This document shows positions 58,201 to 64,000 of a DNA stretch of 64,000 nucleotides, piece by piece. Positions within the stretch are counted from its first letter, which is position 1. Each line of letters starts with the position of its first letter. A program made the translations under genes and the position numbers. Source of the DNA: Macrostomum lignano (Eukaryota). The stretch covers positions 1 through 64,000 of the forward strand of contig NIVC01001414.1 of NCBI GenBank assembly GCA_002269645.1, given 5' to 3'. The notes under the pieces are model-generated. The model saw only the letters and a program-made list of their open reading frames with translations. It did no database searches and was not told the origin of the DNA.

Positions 58201-58450
58201 TCTAAATTGCACTCTAACTAGCCTACTGATTTAGTAGAAAGTTTTGTAAGATTCTGAAAGATTCTCAGATTCCAGCTATATGATAACTTATAATAATAAA
58301 TAATAAAGTTCTGACCTTCATACGATTGCTAGGAGCAGTTGCTGACAGTTTCATTAAAGCCGGAGATTGTGGCACCATAAAACTGTCAGATAGGATTGAA
58401 GCAGATGCTAGTGTGGCTGCATCAGTTGCATCATCGATGCTGGTGTCCAT
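51260..58450 (-). CDS. KIF20: Kinesin-6 family motor (KIF20A/B-like). Exons 58450-58316, 58053-57647, 56613-56396, 55561-55162, 54287-53722, 52145-51972, 51585-51260; possible last exon near 50900-50965
   Basis: RMK|VYLRVRP, FTFSGVF, LFNYGVTSSGKTFT, GLLPRAL followed by the long kinesin-6 loop-6 insert, WVSCAEIYNE, SSRSH, CDLAGSER, VPFRDSKLTRLLQPYF, coiled-coil tail. Two apparent 1-nt deletions near 57925 and 54127. Confidence 0.9.
51605..51915. repeat. Intronic ~20-bp minisatellite GTGTGCTCAGGTGGGATCTGG
   Basis: Tandem copies. Confidence 0.9.
52196..52287. repeat. (GACA)n microsatellite
   Basis: Direct. Confidence 0.97.
52467..53120 (+). mobile_element. Internally deleted Ty1/Copia relic in a kinesin intron (gag plus small RT and RNase H patches)
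   Basis: MKNVLMERELWEVVDG...EAWDKL...LNSLPKSYDGLITALE (Copia gag), KARLVAKG (RT), FHSRSKHIDIRHHF (RNase H). LTRs not identified. Confidence 0.85.
54305..55110. repeat. Degenerate GGGATCTGGGATT-type minisatellites in a kinesin intron (54305-54680 and 54895-55110)
   Basis: Direct. Confidence 0.85.
55645..56355. repeat. 33/35-bp minisatellite GGGACTGCTCAAAGGGGAACTGCTCAGACT(GT)GCA
   Basis: Tandem copies; explains three long ORFs. Confidence 0.95.
56734..57321. mobile_element. hAT/Charlie-like MITE with a purine-rich core
   Basis: Ends GGGGGTTGGCAAAGT / AGTTTGCCGACCCCT, subterminal GGCCCGCGG, AG tract 56810-57200. TSD not resolved. Confidence 0.65.
57480..57596 (-). pseudogene. tRNA-like relic (Val-CAC-like) or tRNA-related SINE fragment
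   Basis: Minus strand has A-box TAGCTCAGTG, loop CTCACGA and B-box GGTTCGATTC, but the anticodon and T stems pair poorly. Confidence 0.45.
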
Positions 58451-59461
58451 TGCTTTTTGTTTGATTTTATTAAATAAACCAATGACTTCAATGATGAGTG
58501 TATATAAAAATTCAAATGCTGAAGTATTTTTAAAGATAATATATTAACAACAAATTAAAACCAGTTATGTGGCAAAAAATAATCTTTGTAAGTCACATTA
58601 ACTATCTTATCACATCAACAAGAGGACAACTAAATGCAATAATGCTGGATAAAGCCAAACTTGAGAAAAAGCTACAAAATCTCTGGCCACAAGAGAAGTG
58701 CCACAGGTCTGGTCTACAACTCTACATGTTATTACCAATATCTTCAAACATAGACTCAGCCTAAAGGAACAGCATGCTCTTCCATTTGGTCTCCAACATA
58801 TTTGTATTATCTTATAAATCAAAAAAGCTAAACAAACACTTTCAATTGCTGCAGAAAATGAAACCACTATGAACCACAAACTTCTGTTCAAACAAGACAC
58901 AAGGTGATAACCAAATTTGAATCATTAATGACCAAAACCACTAATTCTATTTGTCTAACATGAAAAAAAACAAACTTTTCTATCACATTGTGATGATAGA
59001 TTTTTCTTTGGGTCAACCTTTTTTGACCACATGCTATAAACAGACCAGTCACATACTATAAGGCAATATCTTTGCTATGTTTTAGCTCAGTTATGAGCCT
59101 TTGGAATTGCCTATCTCAGTCTTTGTTATTGCAAAAATGTAACAGTTGTAGCAGTTTAAAGACTCAAAGCACTCATAAAGCCTATATTAGTATATTCTTA
59201 AGATAGGGCACTAGAAGACACTACTGAAAAAGCTAGCAGAACTCAGGATTCCAAACTTAGCCTCATTAAAAATCTTTGGGTTTGACAACAAATATTACTG
59301 CCATAAATGAAAGCGATAACAATGGTAGTGTGGTGATCCAGCATAGCTAGCATAGGCTGCTCCTGGGATCCCCCCTTAGTCAGTTAGTGCTTGGGCTGCA
59401 GCAGTAGGAGCTGGGCATAGGGCTGTCCTTTCCCCCTCTTCCTTGTGCAGGCTCAGGTGTG

Positions 59462-60255
59462 CAGCTGGCTCATTCCATATAAGATGGACATATTTGGAAA
59501 ATAGAAAAAAGTCAATATTTTTGCTTGCCATTGCCTAATTAGCCTATTTTTTTACCAAATGTTTATATTGTGCAATATATACAATCTAAGAATAAAGGAA
59601 TGGTAAAATGTTGGATTAGTATGTTATCAATTGGCAAAAAGTGATTTTTGTAAAAATTTGGACATTTTTCGAAGCAAAAGACATCATTAAGATTTTGTAC
59701 CTTTTAAAAACAAATAGAAAGCTTTTGAAGGTTGAAACAAACTATAGATAAAAGTATAGTACTTGCATCATCAGATAAAAGCATTGGTGACCAAATAATC
59801 TATTATATTTTTAATGTATTAGTACCTCAAAGTTACTGAATTGACAGAAAAAAATATGTTACGACCATAATGTTACGACCATAAGGCTGCCTTTTCTTTT
59901 GTATCTTTGTTGCCTTTTGAGTTTATATATTCTAATAAAAGAGTATGATTTCTAAAGATATTCTTAGTCAAATTTTAAAAATGTATTGCAAAATATCAAA
60001 AATGAAAAATGTTATAAGACTTTTACCTTTTAGTTTCTATATGTCAAAAATCCTGTCGTTACGACCATAAGTGTCATTTAAGGTTTAATAGCATCTATAC
60101 TAATGATGATATCTATATGAAACTCTAAATATATTCTAGACAAAATAATCTTTCATTTAAAATATTGGTTTAGTATATTCTATTATTAGATTTCATTTTA
60201 TAAGTAAAAATAACCTGTCATGTTACGACCATGCTTATATGGAATGAGCCAGCTG
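59462..60255. mobile_element. AT-rich non-autonomous TIR element with a 22-bp perfect inverted repeat
   Basis: CAGCTGGCTCATTCCATATAAG at 59462 and CTTATATGGAATGAGCCAGCTG ending at 60255; internal GTTACGACCAT repeated 4 times. Confidence 0.85.
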
Positions 60256-61300
60256 TTGCGGGACAGGTAGAGAAAATCTTTCCCCCTCTCCCCTGGCGCA
60301 GTCTGCAATGGGCTAAAAATAGAAACATTAGTCAGTGGGATATTTCTCCCTTAGTACAGGCCTATTTAGTCAGTGGGAGTGAGAGCATAGCTCTCCGCCC
60401 GGGGTAGGCTCTCGTGGGGTCTCGGTGCACTCCTTGCATGCCGCAACATGCAAGCAGTGTACCAGCAGGCCATGCAGAGGCTGCATGATGAGGCAGATGT
60501 CTTATGGACATCTCCAAGATCGCTCCTGGCTCCGGGTAGTCCACGGAACTGCCATGGGATCTGCCACGGAACTGCCTCTGAGCTTTCTATTGGCCCTGAG
60601 ACTCCCGAATTTTAGTATAAATACAGAATAGGTGAAGGCCCAAAGAGACCATCCGTTTGGAGACCGCCTGCTTGGTTTTGAGCAAAGGCTAGATTCCTAG
60701 ACGCTTTTCCTAGACGAACTAGCTTAGGCAGATCGCTAGACGTTTTCCCTAGGGATAACCTGCTAACAAACCTTTGTTGCAGCTGCCATTTGCTCATTAA
60801 GACTGCCGCAGGTCTTTGTGTCAGCAGCTCGCCAGACCTTCAACACCGTCTGGACCTAGTCTCGTGGCCCACAACCTACACTGTTGGGCAACATCAACTG
60901 ACGCACAGTACAGCTTAGGGCGTTTACTGCGACACCAGTTGAGCTACTAAACGATATTTTAGGATCGGCCTGTGACCGTTACTCACATTAATAAACGTTT
61001 AACTGACTTGTGTTGTCTTATTTATTTTCTACTTATCAGTAGGCCTACCTAGGGGTAACCTGTCGAGGATATCACCTGTAGACCTACAAGGTGGCAGCAA
61101 CCCAACTACCAATACTTGGTTATTATCTAACTGTACTCAGTGGAGACTAAGAGGGGTTAATTCGGACCATAGTGCTAGACCACTCAAGCCAGCTACCGGC
61201 CATGCTAGATAGCGAGGACAGACAGAGGAAGTAGTAGGCAACAGCAGTAATCACCAAAGAGATGGGGATCCACAAGGCCATTACATTGGTTACATTGGTG
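60256..61300 (+). mobile_element. Possible LTR-like relic
   Basis: Non-coding, higher-GC block with AATAAA near 60990 and TTACA-TTGGTG near 61290, resembling an LTR end plus PBS start. No partner LTR seen. Confidence 0.3.
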
Positions 61301-63529
61301 GGATCCACAAGGCAAAAGGCACAGCATTACAGTAGGGAGCCTAGTCAATAAGCTCATAGGCCTACTCTTTTAGATGTTTATATGACTTGTTAGAATAATA
61401 ACTAGATAGACTTGTACTATACTATGTTGATAATACCTTTGCCTTATTGGATGACAAATAATTAAGATCTAATTGTTAACTTTTCAAGTTTTCAACTCTA
61501 TTCACTTCAATATAAAATTCACTTTTTAGGATACTTCTAATCAAACAATTGCTTTTCTTGATCTTGGCATTAACTTTAACAATAAAGCTCTTTTGAACTA
61601 AACAACTAAAATCTTCTATAAAAAAACTTTTTAAAACCTTTTTTCAATATAGTGAATGAATAAAAAGTTGACAAGTTTACCAAGAGCCAGATCCATAAAA
61701 AATACATATTGACCAAACCTATAAATAATACAAACTTAGAATTAGTTAAATGTTTATAACTATAAGTATAAGATATAAAATTTTTAACACAAAAATACTG
61801 GTTAGACCAGGTCTGCTACTTAGGCACTAGGCCTGTCTTAGGCCTATTTACTTTTGTGTTTTGAATATATCACAAAAACTATATTATATAGCCAGAAATA
61901 TGTCTAGGAGAAAAATAAAAAAGATTATAACAATTCTATTAGCTTTTATGTCATTTTAACTTCTATCAAACTTATTTAAGATATTTACTTCTTACTTGCA
62001 ATGAATACATTATACATCATTGATTCATGCAATCAATGCAGATATACTTTTAAGCTAGTTATTTAAAGCTAAAATAATGTAATAAACAGGGGCAGATTTA
62101 GGGGGAAAAGGCGCCTCCCCCCTCAAAAAATAGCTTGATAGAACATATGTGCCACAAAAAACAAAACCTAGTCCTAAGTTTGTCTGTTTGTGCCTCCAAA
62201 ACTTAATTTTTTGCCCCCTAGCTTTAAAATTAAATTGGCACTTTTTATACTCATGTTGGCGCCAAAAACTTGGACATGCGCCTACCAATTTGGTGACAAA
62301 CAAATTTGACAATAGAGATTTACCATTGGCTGCATTGACCAATTTATGACTCGATCGTCGATGATAATCTCTACCTATAAAAACCAAAACTCTGTCTGTC
62401 TGTCTGTGGACAAATTACTTCGCTATGGACTCCCAAACCGCTCAACCAAATGACACCAAACTTTACACCCACCCTAAACTTACTACGGAGAATGTCTTAG
62501 GCTACCTTTAAATTTCCTAGACTCAAGTCTTCCTACCTAAAAGTACAAAAAACTGCTCAAAATGCGCGATTTTTTCACTTAATCCTCCATAGCGCCGCTC
62601 CACTTCTACCGATTCTCTTCAAATTTGACACAGATAATCTTTAACTATTTTGGCACAATCATGTAAAATTTCGAGTCTCAAAGTTAATCCTGAGCGGTGC
62701 TGTGCACTTTTAAAGTTAGGCTGTTTTTTTCAGCGTAGCAACCACCCCAACCTCCGCCCGCCTGCCTCTCTTTCCCGATACCGATCTGGGCCCAGATGTG
62801 TAAAAGGGTTTCAAAATTGACTAACTTTCAGCTGCCATAAGTTTGCTCCACGTAAAGCGATTGACTTCAAACTTGACACAATTCTTCATTGACTCATTCT
62901 CTATCTAAATGTAAAGTTTCAACTCTGTAACTCAACCGAAAAAGAAACTGTAAGCATGTGAAGTTTGTCTGCTTTTTCTGTTGTTTGTGCCACTCACTCA
63001 CTCATTCCCCCAGAGCCAGACGAAGGGTCAGGCGATAGGGCTCAATGTACATAGCGAATGTACAGTGTTTTGGAATAACTTTTTAATAGCCTTCTCTGTA
63101 CCCCCGCGAGTGGAGAGTCTACGTTTAGCCATAACAGTTTAGTGAGAAATTCTAACCACTGCCCTCCCCTCTGTATAGGCAAACTCTGCAGCAGTTTAAC
63201 AGTGGATGGCAATTGGTAAATCGAGGCAATCCAGCATGGTTTGTAAAAGCGAAATATTTATGAAAAGGCGATGCGATGCAATGAAATACAACCCTACTAA
63301 ATTAGGCACACCATGGAAATTTTAAGTTTCTCTTAAAGTTTCTCTTAAACTTTGAAATTTAAATGGCCTAAGAAATGCGTATTTCCTTGGTTGTTAGACT
63401 GATGCAGACTGCAGTGGAGCTGAAGATTCACAAATTCCTTTCAGGGCTGCAAATTGGCAAGAAAGATGACGTGATCAAAGCATGAGAATAACGATGAGAG
63501 TACTACGTCCCACAAACTGGCTTTCGAAG

Positions 63530-64000
63530 CAGGGATCGGCAGACTTTTACTTCAAAAGCCAGATAAAGAATCCAGCTTATGTGCGGGCCAGATGAGAGTG
63601 GAAAGGAGAAGGAATAGACTATTAGAAGAGAGGAGAGGCGAGACGGGGATAAGAGAAAACATGGAAGATAAGAGGAGAGACAAGTGGTGAGGAGAGAGCA
63701 GAGAAGAAGGGAGGAAGAAGCGAGAGGAGGGGAGAAAGGAGGGAGAGGAAAGAGTAAAGGTGAGAAGAGGGGAGATATGAGACAGAGGATCGATGAGAGG
63801 AGAGTAGAGAAGAGTGAGAAGAGAGTAGAGATGAGAGAGCAGAAAGAAGATGACAGAGGGTCAAGAGGAGAGGAGAGATTAGAGAGGAGAGAGTAGAAAG
63901 GATAGAAAAGAGAGGAGATAAGAGAGTGAGAGAAGGGGTGAGAAGAGAAGAGATAGAGATAAGATAGGGGTGTAAGAAGAGGGGAGAAAGGAGAGATGAG
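63530..64000 (+). mobile_element. Left end of a hAT/Charlie-like MITE with a purine-rich core, running off the window
   Basis: CAGGGATCGGCAGACTTTT...AAAGCCAGATAAAG...GCGGGCCAGAT resembles the MER58-type hAT terminus; an AG tract follows. Confidence 0.65.

Overview
Eukaryotic (animal) genomic DNA with GT-AG introns, GC-rich exons and very many minisatellites. The style suggests a flatworm such as Macrostomum, but that is inference only. Main content: (1) A young 12.2-kb Gmr1-type (integrase-before-RT) Ty3/Gypsy LTR retrotransposon on the minus strand (13753-25951), with near-identical ~157-bp LTRs, a tRNA-Leu PBS and a TGTTT target-site duplication. Its aspartic-protease region is missing. In its place is an ~8-kb capsid-less Polinton/Maverick (adintovirus-like) module: pPolB, integrase, adenain protease, parvovirus-type PLA2, an adenovirus pX-like protein, a PTAP/PSAP-bearing membrane protein and an RNase T2-like ORF. 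(2) Two paralogous genes sharing the same four-exon ankyrin N-terminus but ending in different effectors: a Ser/Thr kinase (26634-30756) and a caspase (42603-47560). Homology stops at a shared intronic minisatellite, and the second ankyrin block differs mainly at ligand-binding positions. This looks like a modular sensor-effector, possibly innate-immune, system. (3) A kinesin-6 (KIF20-like) gene on the minus strand (~51260-58450). (4) Copia and THAP relics, several MITEs and about 25 tandem arrays that explain most long ORFs in the ORF track. Nearly all frameshifts are single-base losses in short homopolymer or doublet runs, so many may be assembly errors.
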